Shown here: one piece after another, positions 19,333 to 28,751 of the stretch
Numbering within the stretch: the first letter of the stretch is position 1
Layout: each line of letters starts with the position of its first letter
From: a virus
Taxonomy: Duplodnaviria; Caudoviricetes
Reading direction: 5' to 3' (one strand)
DNA length: 64,000 bases
IMG/VR virus record: IMGVR_UViG_3300037807_000296
Span: 1,295 to 65,294 of that record
Made by a program: the position numbers and the translations under genes
The notes under the pieces: model-generated
Told to the model about the DNA's origin: nothing
Databases searched by the model: none
Seen by the model: the letters and a program-made list of their open reading frames with translations, nothing else

Positions 19333-20532
19333 ATGTATACGTTTAAAGAATATATAGATCTGAATGAAGGGGGTAATATAACAATCCCTGATATACATGG
19401 AGTTGAGCATGATGCAGCTCGTATCCCATTAGAGGATATTGGCCGTAAAACATTTGTTGAATCTTTCCAAAAATTTTTCTTAAAGCTTAATACTATATTC
19501 GAGAAAGAGTATAATTATCCTCTATGGCCGGATACTGGGGAAATCACTAATGCTGGTATCTTTAACGGCTCCACTAGTTTCATTATGAGTGCTGATTACT
19601 CTGATGAAGAAGTGCTTAAATATAAAAAAACTGCTGGTGATATTGATGTTGCATTCCCTCGAGAATATGGTCCTGATCTATATAACTTACTTCTTAAACT
19701 TAGAGGAAAGGAGTTGGTTCCGGGATTAGAGTATATAGGGAATAACGCTAAAACTCAAGATAAATTAGGCAATACTATAATATGTATAGTGAAAGCTCGT
19801 TATGGTGATATAGAAGTATCTGCTCAAGTAGATATGGAATTATCAGAATTCGTACAAGGTAAACAAACCGATTGGAGTGCTCATATACACTCGAGTAGCT
19901 TTGAAGACGCTAAGGCAGGAATTAAAGGAGCAGCATCAAAATTCTTATGGAGAGCGTTGATTGGGATCACTTCACAAGTAACAGATAACTTCTTAGAAGC
20001 GACACCATCTAGTACACCTGATAAGATAACAATCAAAAAGAAACAGCCTGCTTACTTGAGTCTTATAGTGTATGGAGGAGAAGCAGGTGTTGGTACGAAT
20101 CCTGCATATGAGTTAATGGTTGATTCAAAGAATAAACCTATCTTAGTAAATGGGAAGAGGGTGTTCCGTAAGCTGAAGCCTAAAGAGAGGACTTATGATA
20201 GAAATCTAGGAAACCTCATTAAGATAGCATTTGGGGGCAAGATTGATTCTAAGAAGATACCTAAGAAGGAGTTAGATAGTTTTGTTAAGACATTAGCGAT
20301 AGCTAATAAGTATCTTGATAAAAAGAGTAAGGAAGATGTGAATTATAGGTTCATGTTAATATTGTTTGGAGAAGATGGAAGGACACAAACTATTGAGCCT
20401 AAAAATCCAAGAGAGGATTTAGAGATTAAGATGGCTATGTATAATAAACTAATTGAACTCTTGAAAATTAAAGCACATCCGCAATTAGAGGCTAAGGTTA
20501 ATATGTACATGAAGGTTATGCATAAGTCATAA
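19333..20532 (+). CDS. Pol-beta superfamily nucleotidyltransferase
   Basis: NGS...GDIDV and QVD motifs; begins MYTFKEYIDLNE. Confidence 0.68.
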   Translation: MYTFKEYIDLNEGGNITIPDIHGVEHDAARIPLEDIGRKTFVESFQKFFLKLNTIFEKEYNYPLWPDTGEITNAGIFNGSTSFIMSADYSDEEVLKYKKTAGDIDVAFPREYGPDLYNLLLKLRGKELVPGLEYIGNNAKTQDKLGNTIICIVKARYGDIEVSAQVDMELSEFVQGKQTDWSAHIHSSSFEDAKAGIKGAASKFLWRALIGITSQVTDNFLEATPSSTPDKITIKKKQPAYLSLIVYGGEAGVGTNPAYELMVDSKNKPILVNGKRVFRKLKPKERTYDRNLGNLIKIAFGGKIDSKKIPKKELDSFVKTLAIANKYLDKKSKEDVNYRFMLILFGEDGRTQTIEPKNPREDLEIKMAMYNKLIELLKIKAHPQLEAKVNMYMKVMHKS

Positions 20533-21837
20533 TTTAACATCTTCGTAATAATAAAACCCTAAATCGTGATATGATTTACCAGTAGGATCATCTTCTAGGG
20601 ACTGGAGAAATGGACTATTCCCTCTTCTCGTGATGATTGTTTTGAAATTACTTTTAGCTAATTCATGAATACGAGATGAGCTCAAACTACATCCGTAATG
20701 TTTTTTAATAGCAGCAGCGAGTGCTTTAGGAGTGTGAACAACCTCCACTCCTTTAAATCCGTAACACTTGTGACCACATAACGTTTTACTTCTCTTCTGT
20801 GCAGCGTCTTTTCCGGTAGTATTTTTCCATTTTACATTATTTACAGTTTTGATGTGTTTAATAGCACCTCGTTCATGAGAATTCAATCCACTATCGTCTA
20901 TATCATTTAATTTAGTGTATTTAGTTTTAATAGCACCTCGTTCATGAGAATTCAATCCACTATCGTCTATATCATTTAATTTAGTGTATTTAGTTTTAAT
21001 AACACCTCGTTCATAAGAATTCAATCCATTATCATCTATATTATTTAATTTAGTTTCACTTATTTTAAATACACTTCTTTGGTATGAATTTAATCCATCA
21101 TCATCTATATTATTTAATCGAGATGCACAAGTTTTAGCACCAGCTCTTTGATAAGAGTTCAATCCATCGTTGATATCATTTAATCTAGTTTCTTTTACTT
21201 TAAATGCACTTCTTTGATTTGTATTCAATCCGTCATCATCGATGTCATTTAATTTAGTTTCTTTTACTTTAAATGCACTTCTTTGATAAGAGTTTAATCC
21301 ATCATCATCGATATCATTTAATCTAGTTTCTTTTGCTTTAACTCCAACTCTTTGATAAGAGTTCAATCCGTTACTATCTATATCTTTTAATCTCGTTGTG
21401 TTAGATTTAAGGATAGCTCTTTCAAATACATTTAATCCATTCTCATCCACATTAGTGAGTTTTGTTTTTACTGTTTTCAGTTGCGATTCAGCAGTTGTTG
21501 AGAATCCACGATTAGCATAACATTTGTTGTAGAATAAAGGATTGGAAGCGGCATCATGATCTCTTTGTATCTTCTCCTCATAATCTAAACATCTTTTCTT
21601 AGAAGAAAATGTTTTAATAATAATGCGTTCTAATTGAGGTGATTTGGATTTTTGAAGAGCTCTAAAATGTTTAACAGAAGAAGACCCAAAATAAGTATCT
21701 AGTTCTGGATTTATGTTATTCTCTTGTAGCTCTTTACGATGTGATGACCCAATATAATACATCTCTGTTCCTATAGGATTGAGATCAGTAATAAGATAAA
21801 CGTAAAAGTTGAGGCCGTTATAAATAGATGTATGCAT
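20527..21837 (-). CDS. GIY-YIG endonuclease paralog 3 with tandem repeats
   Basis: Same N-terminal nuclease domain; nine A-type repeats plus one B-type; ends YHDLGFY. Confidence 0.88.
   Translation of the reverse strand: MHTSIYNGLNFYVYLITDLNPIGTEMYYIGSSHRKELQENNINPELDTYFGSSSVKHFRALQKSKSPQLERIIIKTFSSKKRCLDYEEKIQRDHDAASNPLFYNKCYANRGFSTTAESQLKTVKTKLTNVDENGLNVFERAILKSNTTRLKDIDSNGLNSYQRVGVKAKETRLNDIDDDGLNSYQRSAFKVKETKLNDIDDDGLNTNQRSAFKVKETRLNDINDGLNSYQRAGAKTCASRLNNIDDDGLNSYQRSVFKISETKLNNIDDNGLNSYERGVIKTKYTKLNDIDDSGLNSHERGAIKTKYTKLNDIDDSGLNSHERGAIKHIKTVNNVKWKNTTGKDAAQKRSKTLCGHKCYGFKGVEVVHTPKALAAAIKKHYGCSLSSSRIHELAKSNFKTIITRRGNSPFLQSLEDDPTGKSYHDLGFYYYEDVKL
20788..21468 (-). repeat. Coding repeat array A9-B (69-bp unit)
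   Basis: TKLNDIDDxGLNSxxRxxxK repeated. Confidence 0.9.
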
Positions 21838-21864
21838 GATAATACTCCCGTATTGTTATGTTAG

Positions 21865-21897
21865 AAAGGGAATGGTGATTGGTTCATCATTCCTTTT
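21865..21897 (+). terminator. Conserved hairpin plus T-run
   Basis: AAAGGGAATGGTGA-TTGGT-TCATCATTCCTTTT. Confidence 0.6.
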
Positions 21898-21901
21898 CGT
21901 A

Positions 21902-21921
21902 TATTTATCAGATGATAAATA
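21902..21921. promoter_or_regulatory. Back-to-back late promoters (GATAAATA on both strands)
   Basis: TATTTATC-AGAT-GATAAATA between divergent genes. Confidence 0.7.
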
Positions 21922-21926
21922 TTAAT

Positions 21927-23075
21927 ATGAAAACATTTAAAAGTTACCTTAATGAATTAGTGCACTTCTCTGAAATACTCACGAAGAAGGGTGAGTCTTT
22001 TGTTGATAAGTTACTCTCACAATACATCATAGTGAACTTTAAGATTGATGTAAGTGCATTCGTTTTTGGTAAAGAGAATGGTGAACTTGTCTTTTATGGA
22101 AGAGAAGGTAAAGTCGAGATTGATAAAGTTAAACGAGCTGGTATGGATCTTTTTGAGCCATTCATTGAGCGTATAGAACAATCCGATTGGCAACAGATGC
22201 CAGATGGTATTAGAATATATGCTGAAATGTTTACTGGTAAATTTGAGCCTATCATTAAACATCCTGTAACACCTAAGAATGGATTGATCATATCTTACAG
22301 TGAACTCAATGGTAAAAGGTTGTTGCCTAATAATCCTATTAATATAGAGATGGCTAAGTTATTTGATATAGCTCCCCCTCCTATTATGTTTGAAGGTAAG
22401 TTGAATAATAAACAGAAAGGTATGATCAAAGACTTCTTGAATAATCCAGAAGATTATAAACAAGTTGATTTTACCAAATTCATCTTAGGCTTATTCTTAC
22501 CACCTAAGAGTGTTAGTGGATTAATTGATGATCTAATTGAAGGTATTGTGATATACTTTGATGATGGATCAATGAGTAAGATTGTAGATCCAGGCTTTAC
22601 TGATACAGTTAAGATGAAAAAAGTGAAGATGAATGATAATACTTATAATGACACTTTGAAAGATGTTATCTTCAAGAATATAAAGTCTTCATATGATGCT
22701 ATTATGACTAATAAGACTACATTAAAGAAGATTAATAAAGAGAAGAGTTTGGATGATAAGTATATTAGATTAGCTGCTGCATTAACTGGTTCATTGATGC
22801 ATAAAGTGTCTAAGCAGTTTAAAGATATTGATATGTATAAAGATAGTGCACTAGAGAATAGATTCTCTTCTGTAACACATAAGATGTTGCCTGTTGGATT
22901 TAGTCAGATGATAAAGATTAAGAGTTGGTGGGCTGAAGATGTATTCCGAGTTGTATTGTTTGCATTGCCTAGAGAAAAGAAGAGAGTGCATAAAGCATCA
23001 GGATTAACACGAGAACGGAAAGAGTTGATTAATAACATAGTTGCTGATTTAAGAGTTAGAGGAATAGTAGAATGA
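21927..23075 (+). CDS. RNA ligase-like nucleotidyltransferase-fold protein
   Basis: FKID (motif I-like), YAEMF, IEGIVI, SKIVD; begins MKTFKSYLNE. Confidence 0.6.
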   Translation: MKTFKSYLNELVHFSEILTKKGESFVDKLLSQYIIVNFKIDVSAFVFGKENGELVFYGREGKVEIDKVKRAGMDLFEPFIERIEQSDWQQMPDGIRIYAEMFTGKFEPIIKHPVTPKNGLIISYSELNGKRLLPNNPINIEMAKLFDIAPPPIMFEGKLNNKQKGMIKDFLNNPEDYKQVDFTKFILGLFLPPKSVSGLIDDLIEGIVIYFDDGSMSKIVDPGFTDTVKMKKVKMNDNTYNDTLKDVIFKNIKSSYDAIMTNKTTLKKINKEKSLDDKYIRLAAALTGSLMHKVSKQFKDIDMYKDSALENRFSSVTHKMLPVGFSQMIKIKSWWAEDVFRVVLFALPREKKRVHKASGLTRERKELINNIVADLRVRGIVE

Positions 23076-23632
23076 AATTGTTTAAAGATTTTGTGAATGA
23101 AGGTAAGGAGATATTACCTCGAGATGATAACGCTCCTAAAGTATCATTATTTTTAGGTCGTATGGCACCGTTACATATAGGTCATCTTGCGATAATAAAG
23201 GAGATGGGTGATAATCCTATTATATTATTAGTGAAGGGTAAAGATTCATCTAATGATAAGAAAAAGAATCCATTTGACGCTAAAACACAGACTAAGTGGA
23301 TCAAGATGGTAGCGCCACATGCGGAAGTAAGAGAGATCAGTTCTGGATTTTTACCTAAGATTGCCGCAGAGTTGAGATATGAAGGTAAAGAATTGACTGC
23401 AGTATTCGCTGGTGAAGATAGGTTAGCTTCATACGAGAAGCAATTCAAGCGTATGACATTAGAACCTGAATTTGAGTATAACATAGACTTTAAATTGACG
23501 AAGCGTATTGCGAGTGCTACTGATGTTAGACAAGCTATTATTGATGATGACTATAATGCATATAAGAAGTTAATGCCGAGTAAGTTACACTCTGAGTATA
23601 AATTAATGCAAACGTTGATGACTGATAAATAA
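23072..23632 (+). CDS. HIGH-family cytidylyl/adenylyltransferase
   Basis: GRMAPLHIGH, KNPF, AGEDR, SATDVR. Confidence 0.85.
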   Translation: MKLFKDFVNEGKEILPRDDNAPKVSLFLGRMAPLHIGHLAIIKEMGDNPIILLVKGKDSSNDKKKNPFDAKTQTKWIKMVAPHAEVREISSGFLPKIAAELRYEGKELTAVFAGEDRLASYEKQFKRMTLEPEFEYNIDFKLTKRIASATDVRQAIIDDDYNAYKKLMPSKLHSEYKLMQTLMTDK

Positions 23633-23659
23633 GATTATTAATTAAAAGGATATAAAAAT

Positions 23660-23857
23660 ATGTTTAAGAAAACTAAGAAAAATGAAAATAAACGAGAAAA
23701 ATCAAATGTAGAAGTGTTGGTTGAGTCACCTGATAGATCAGCCTCTAAAGGAGATTCTCTTCTTAGAGATGCGTCCACAGGTGTATTTTATCGTGGCCCA
23801 GCTCAAACTGGTTCTGCTACTGGTACTAATGCAGGTGAGAAGTTCTGGGAAGTGTAA
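23660..23857 (+). CDS. Hypothetical late protein
   Basis: GATAAATA at 23624 and SD AAGGA. Confidence 0.55.
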   Translation: MFKKTKKNENKREKSNVEVLVESPDRSASKGDSLLRDASTGVFYRGPAQTGSATGTNAGEKFWEV

Positions 23858-24084
23858 TGTCTAAACCAACGATTATAATCAAAACCGTTGAGGATATGTA
23901 TCGTTCTATTGAAGAAATGATAAATCAGATACATTCCCAGTATGATAATGATGTTCAAGCTTCCAGTTCAATTAGAAGAAGTGTTATTGAAGGGTTAATT
24001 ATGGGGGCAGGAGGATCGTTAAAGAATAATATTGGAATATTCTCTGCTGCAATGGCTAATAATAAATTCAAGAAGGCTTTATGA
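23857..24084 (+). CDS. Hypothetical protein
   Basis: Overlapping start/stop codons with neighbours. Confidence 0.55.
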   Translation: MSKPTIIIKTVEDMYRSIEEMINQIHSQYDNDVQASSSIRRSVIEGLIMGAGGSLKNNIGIFSAAMANNKFKKAL

Positions 24085-24410
24085 CTGAAAGTGAGATTAA
24101 ATCATATGCTGCTCGATTTTATAATGATGTGGCATCTGATACTAGAATCTTCTTACAAGATTTTAGTAAGATAAGACATCTTATTAGATATCTTGGGGAA
24201 GAAGATAAACGTTGTAGACTTATTCTTAATACTGTTATAATATTAAATAATGTATTTGATCCAAGAGCGTTATCAGTTATTTTGTTCCATAGCGTTCCGG
24301 AATCGACTCATCTTGAATTGAATACATATTTAAAATATCTTAATATCAATGTTCAAGAGATAACAGATTATGATACTGTTTTATATGATAAACTAATATT
24401 TGATATCTGA
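24081..24410 (+). CDS. Conserved T4-like phage protein
   Basis: RLILNxxIILNNVF motif. Confidence 0.65.
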   Translation: MTESEIKSYAARFYNDVASDTRIFLQDFSKIRHLIRYLGEEDKRCRLILNTVIILNNVFDPRALSVILFHSVPESTHLELNTYLKYLNINVQEITDYDTVLYDKLIFDI

Positions 24411-24470
24411 TGTGTTGATAAATAATATTGTTAATTAAGGAAATAATGGAGTTTAATATGTGGATATCTA

Positions 24471-25190
24471 ATGCCGATTAAATCTGAAGGAAAACGATCT
24501 AAATTTGGAAGATTAGGAGATCTATATTACTCTTATAGATTCATTAAACTTATAAGTTTACCCTGGGAAGAGTGGGAAGCTTTCAAGTTAGGTATTATTG
24601 ATGATGATGGTAAAGTTATTAAGAAGCATAGAATCGGTAATGAAGAAAAGAATGCATATACCCCTTTCCACCGATTAACGAGAAATTTAAAAAGACTTTT
24701 ACATAAACTACCCCTAGGATCCCGTATGATTTCTAAAGCTGCTGCTGCATATTTTCTATTAAGAGAAGAGTTGGTGAATCAAGGTGGTAAATCTGATGTT
24801 ATAGATGAAGCGTTCCTCGATTACATTAATAAAGATGATACAGTTGATTTGAATGAGGAGATTGCATTGAAGATCCTTGTGAATGAATCAGCTGTCATGT
24901 CTGCAGATGTTGCATCATCTCCATCCCCTTTAATATCAGATCCTGATGGATATGCAATGGGAATGCCGTATTATACTTGCTCTCTTGATGTTTATCACAA
25001 ATGTGTAAATGGAAAAAGGAAAACGGGCCGTTGGCAATCACATTTGGATGGGGATGAAAGAGCAGAAGGTATTAAGAATTGGGCTAAACTTAATGCTAAA
25101 GAGGGTTTAATGATACAAAATGAGAAAACTAATGCATATACGGTTTTGAGAAGACCATCAGGTCCAGGGAGATGGAACCCTCATACATAA
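24471..25190 (+). CDS. Conserved T4-like phage late protein
   Basis: YRFIKL..PWEEWEAFKLGIIDDDGK, AYTPFHRL motifs; GATAAATA at 24417. Confidence 0.7.
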   Translation: MPIKSEGKRSKFGRLGDLYYSYRFIKLISLPWEEWEAFKLGIIDDDGKVIKKHRIGNEEKNAYTPFHRLTRNLKRLLHKLPLGSRMISKAAAAYFLLREELVNQGGKSDVIDEAFLDYINKDDTVDLNEEIALKILVNESAVMSADVASSPSPLISDPDGYAMGMPYYTCSLDVYHKCVNGKRKTGRWQSHLDGDERAEGIKNWAKLNAKEGLMIQNEKTNAYTVLRRPSGPGRWNPHT

Positions 25191-25200
25191 TGGAGTTATA

Positions 25201-25386
25201 ATGAGATATTTTTGTGATAGTGTTAAACGGCCGTATTCATGTGGATATGCCGCGTATAAACCAGTGGTGTGTTGTTTTCATTGTGATAAGAAAGATCATT
25301 GTTGGCAAGAGCAGATTAATGAAAAGTCAGAAGCTAAAATCCCTTGTTTGAATACAGATGTGACTCAATGCGACTTCAATTTCTGA
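25201..25386 (+). CDS. Small Cys-rich protein
   Basis: SD GGAG; 8 Cys in 61 aa. Confidence 0.55.
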   Translation: MRYFCDSVKRPYSCGYAAYKPVVCCFHCDKKDHCWQEQINEKSEAKIPCLNTDVTQCDFNF

Positions 25387-25454
25387 GTGCCTTATCAATA
25401 GAATATATGATTTAATTGATGTGATAAATAATATCATAATTAACGGAGAATATA

Positions 25455-26405
25455 ATGGGAAGTAGAAAAATATCTAGTTTACCAGTAGCATCTATTGATG
25501 GTACGGAAGAGTTACTAGTCAATGACTCAGGTACATCTAAAAAAGTAACGATTTCTAATGCAGTCAACTCAGTAGTAGACGTATCAGGCGCTACTGTGGG
25601 TGGTGATCTGAGCGGAACAGTCTCAAATGCCCAACTAACAGCTAATTCCGTGGGAACATCAGAAATTGTAGATGGATCGGTTACAGCAGCTAAATTAGAT
25701 ACTACATATGAATCTGCTGATGCTGACATTCAAACTCACATCACAGCAAGTCATGCACCTTCTGATGCTAACAATTACACATTACCAAGTTCGGTTGTAC
25801 ATGATAGTGAGTTGAGTTCTTCTACATCAAGTACATCCACCTCAACAGGTGCTAACAGTGCTGCTGTTAAAGCTGCTTACGATAAAGGTAATCATAGTCA
25901 CTCTTATTTAGGTGACTCAGACTCTAGAATTTCTGGTTGGGATGATGCAGCTGCATTTGCTAACGGTGTAGATGATGGTGATAATGTATTAAATAAAGCA
26001 CATGAATTTATCGATGCATTTAATACACTACCAGAATCTTTAAATCTTGCAAATGAACTAGCTGGAAAGGTAGATGATTCACAAGTTCTTACTGATGTAC
26101 CTACTGGTGCTGTATTCTCTGATACTACTTATAGTGTTGGTGATAATGGGTTATCTCAGAAGAACTTTACAACTACACTTAAATCTAAGTTAGATGGTAT
26201 TGAGACTGGTGCTACAGCAGACCAAACACAATCAGATATAAATGCTTTAGGCATTACAGCAACAGGAGTTGACCTAGGTAACTGGACATTAACTGAGTCA
26301 GCTGGTGTACTATACTTTGCTACAGGTGGGACTAACAAGATGAAGCTAGATGCTTCAGGTAATCTAACAGTAGTTGGAGACGTTACAGCGTTTGGTACAA
26401 TTTAA
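25455..26405 (+). CDS. Tail fibre / virion structural protein
   Basis: KISSLP start, fibre motifs STSTGANSAAVKAAYD and KSKLDGIETGATADQT, C-terminal GNLTVVGDVTAF; late promoter at 25423. Confidence 0.75.
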   Translation: MGSRKISSLPVASIDGTEELLVNDSGTSKKVTISNAVNSVVDVSGATVGGDLSGTVSNAQLTANSVGTSEIVDGSVTAAKLDTTYESADADIQTHITASHAPSDANNYTLPSSVVHDSELSSSTSSTSTSTGANSAAVKAAYDKGNHSHSYLGDSDSRISGWDDAAAFANGVDDGDNVLNKAHEFIDAFNTLPESLNLANELAGKVDDSQVLTDVPTGAVFSDTTYSVGDNGLSQKNFTTTLKSKLDGIETGATADQTQSDINALGITATGVDLGNWTLTESAGVLYFATGGTNKMKLDASGNLTVVGDVTAFGTI

Positions 26406-26415
26406 GGAGTAATCT

Positions 26416-27378
26416 ATGGCTTTACAGTCTTCGGGAGCAATATCACTAGCTAACACTCAAACAGAGTTTGGAGGTTCTCATCCTATCAGCCTTAGTGAAT
26501 ATTATGGTGTAGATACTGTACCTTCTTCAGGTGCTATTAGTTTGAGTGACTTCTATGGTACAAGTAATATTGTATATACCGTCGCCACAGGTGGTACAGT
26601 TACCACTGATGGGGATTATAAGATACATACCTTTACAGGCTCTAGTTCATTTAATGTTTCACAAGTAGGTACTGATGGTACTGTTGAATACTTAGTTGTA
26701 GCTGGTGGTGGTGCAGGTACTCAAGCTGGCGCTGGTGGCGGCGGTGGAGGAGCAGGGGGTTTTAGGAATGGAAACCTTACGATTTCTACTACAGGAAGCA
26801 ATACCGTAACTATTGGTGCTGGTGGTACAGACGGTAACGGGTCATCTCAATGGGCAACTAACGGCTCTAATTCGGTATTTAGTTCTATCACCTCAACAGG
26901 TGGTGGCGCTGGTGGTGGTAGACTAACAACACAAGGCTGTAATGGAGTTAACGGTGGTTCAGGTGGCGGTGGCGGCGGACGTGTAGCTTGTTCAGGTGGA
27001 ACTGGAGTAAGCGGACAAGGTAAAAATGGCGGAAACGGTTATGGTTACTCAGGTATGTTCCACCCAGGTGGTGGCGGTGGTGGCGCAGGTCAAGCAGGAG
27101 TAGGGGGTAACTCTAGTAATGGAGGTAACGGTGGTAATGGTAAACAGTTCTATGGTACTTACTACGCTGGCGGTGGTGGCGGTGGTAAAGAATACGCAGG
27201 TTCAAATGGTACTGGCGGCTTAGGTGGCGGTGGTGGTCCTACTGGAAATGATGCAGGAGATATTAACACAGGCTCAGGTGGAGTAGGTGGTGGTGGCTCA
27301 GGTTGGGGCAGCTACCCTAACCAACCATCAGGGGCAGGCGGTTCAGGCGTTATAATTATTCGTTACAAGTACCAATAA
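26416..27378 (+). CDS. Glycine-rich tail fibre tip / adhesin
   Basis: MALQSSGAISL, YLVVAGGG, poly-Gly motifs, GGSGVIIIRY. Confidence 0.78.
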   Translation: MALQSSGAISLANTQTEFGGSHPISLSEYYGVDTVPSSGAISLSDFYGTSNIVYTVATGGTVTTDGDYKIHTFTGSSSFNVSQVGTDGTVEYLVVAGGGAGTQAGAGGGGGGAGGFRNGNLTISTTGSNTVTIGAGGTDGNGSSQWATNGSNSVFSSITSTGGGAGGGRLTTQGCNGVNGGSGGGGGGRVACSGGTGVSGQGKNGGNGYGYSGMFHPGGGGGGAGQAGVGGNSSNGGNGGNGKQFYGTYYAGGGGGGKEYAGSNGTGGLGGGGGPTGNDAGDINTGSGGVGGGGSGWGSYPNQPSGAGGSGVIIIRYKYQ

Positions 27379-27387
27379 GGAGATAAT

Positions 27388-27762
27388 ATGGCACATTTTG
27401 CACAAATAGAAAACAACATAGTAACTCAAGTAATTGTTGTAGATAATAACGATATACTTGACGCACAAGGTAATGAATCAGAAGCTATAGGTACTCAGTT
27501 TTGTACTGACCTATTAGGTGGCACATGGGTACAAACATCTTATAATAATTCTTTTAGAAAGAATTACGCGGGTACTGGTTTTACTTTCGACGACAATAGA
27601 GATGCGTTTATTGCTCCTCAACCTTATCCATCATGGGTATTAGTTGAAGATATTTGCATTTGGGAAGCACCTGTACCATATCCAGAAGATGTTGGTACAG
27701 AAGATGATCCGATAAGGTATATTTGGAATGAAGCATCAGTTTCTTGGGTAGAAACTGATTAA
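27388..27762 (+). CDS. Tail-fibre-associated (chaperone-like) protein
   Basis: MAHFAQI, WVQTSYN, DAFIAPQPYPSW, WEAPVPYP motifs typical of genes after Gly-rich fibres. Confidence 0.7.
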   Translation: MAHFAQIENNIVTQVIVVDNNDILDAQGNESEAIGTQFCTDLLGGTWVQTSYNNSFRKNYAGTGFTFDDNRDAFIAPQPYPSWVLVEDICIWEAPVPYPEDVGTEDDPIRYIWNEASVSWVETD

Positions 27763-28125
27763 CATGATATAATTATTATCAACATTCTTAACACTACTGA
27801 GATTATTGATATTAAAGATTATTTTACCTTTGATGAAATAAAGAGTTAAATTTGGAACAGATGAGCGATAATACCAAACCTCCTCTGTTTGTAAGGTTTA
27901 TCAGATTCATTCTTAGGTATAAAAAGTATAAACCTAGAGAGCACAGATTCATCGATTATAAGTTGACGAACTTGGATAAGTTTATGCTGGATATGCCACA
28001 TAATGGACATATAAATGTAACCTTTCACTAATTAAAATTACAATAGTTAAAGAACATAAATACTATCTAAATGGATATAAAATTTAGCTTCTTATGATAG
28101 CTTGAGAATGTATTAAGGAGTAGTA

Positions 28126-28416
28126 ATGAGTCAAGATTTAGAGGATCGTGTTACTGCTCTTGAAAAAGAGGTAGCAGGTATTCAAGGGCAGTTAAAGTCT
28201 GATATGAAGCATATTGATAGACGATTTGATGAGCTTGAATCTGATATGCGGAGATTATTGGAGAAGTTGGATACTGTTAATGATAGTATATCAATTGCGA
28301 ATACAACAGGTCAATTAGCAACTCAGAAAGCATCAGGTAATGAGAAATTATTAGCTACTGTTATTGCAGTTATAGCGGCGTTGATTGGTTATTTTGGTGA
28401 GAGGGTGATGCTATAA
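28126..28416 (+). CDS. Coiled-coil protein with C-terminal TM helix (haemolysin XhlA/holin-like)
   Basis: Heptad pattern then hydrophobic tail; CATAAATA upstream; SD AAGGAG. Confidence 0.6.
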   Translation: MSQDLEDRVTALEKEVAGIQGQLKSDMKHIDRRFDELESDMRRLLEKLDTVNDSISIANTTGQLATQKASGNEKLLATVIAVIAALIGYFGERVML

Positions 28417-28751
28417 TGGATACATCAATATTTCTTACAATTTCTCAAGCTGCTATGGTAGGTATCACATTCACAGTCTTAGTCTATTTATTCTGTCATC
28501 GTAATATATACAGTATCCATGACTTTGGGATAGTAATAGCGATATTTATCTCATTGATGACTAGATATAGCCTCCCTATGCCCCCTGCTTCACATGTCGG
28601 AGGCATTACGCTGCTTAACATTATATTTGTTGCAGTGTTGGCGATGGTTTGGTCAAGACCTTCTAATATACCTTTTATAGATAAATTTAATGATTGTGGA
28701 TGGAAACGATTAGCTTGTAAATTATTCGGAGGAAAAATTTGCTATGACTAG
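28416..28751 (+). CDS. Three-TM membrane protein (holin candidate)
   Basis: Three hydrophobic stretches. Confidence 0.55.
   Translation: MDTSIFLTISQAAMVGITFTVLVYLFCHRNIYSIHDFGIVIAIFISLMTRYSLPMPPASHVGGITLLNIIFVAVLAMVWSRPSNIPFIDKFNDCGWKRLACKLFGGKICYD

Noticed and set aside
5948-21468. Regular 63-69-bp repeats as CRISPR arrays
   Set aside because: They are in-frame coding repeats with no unique spacers and no cas genes.
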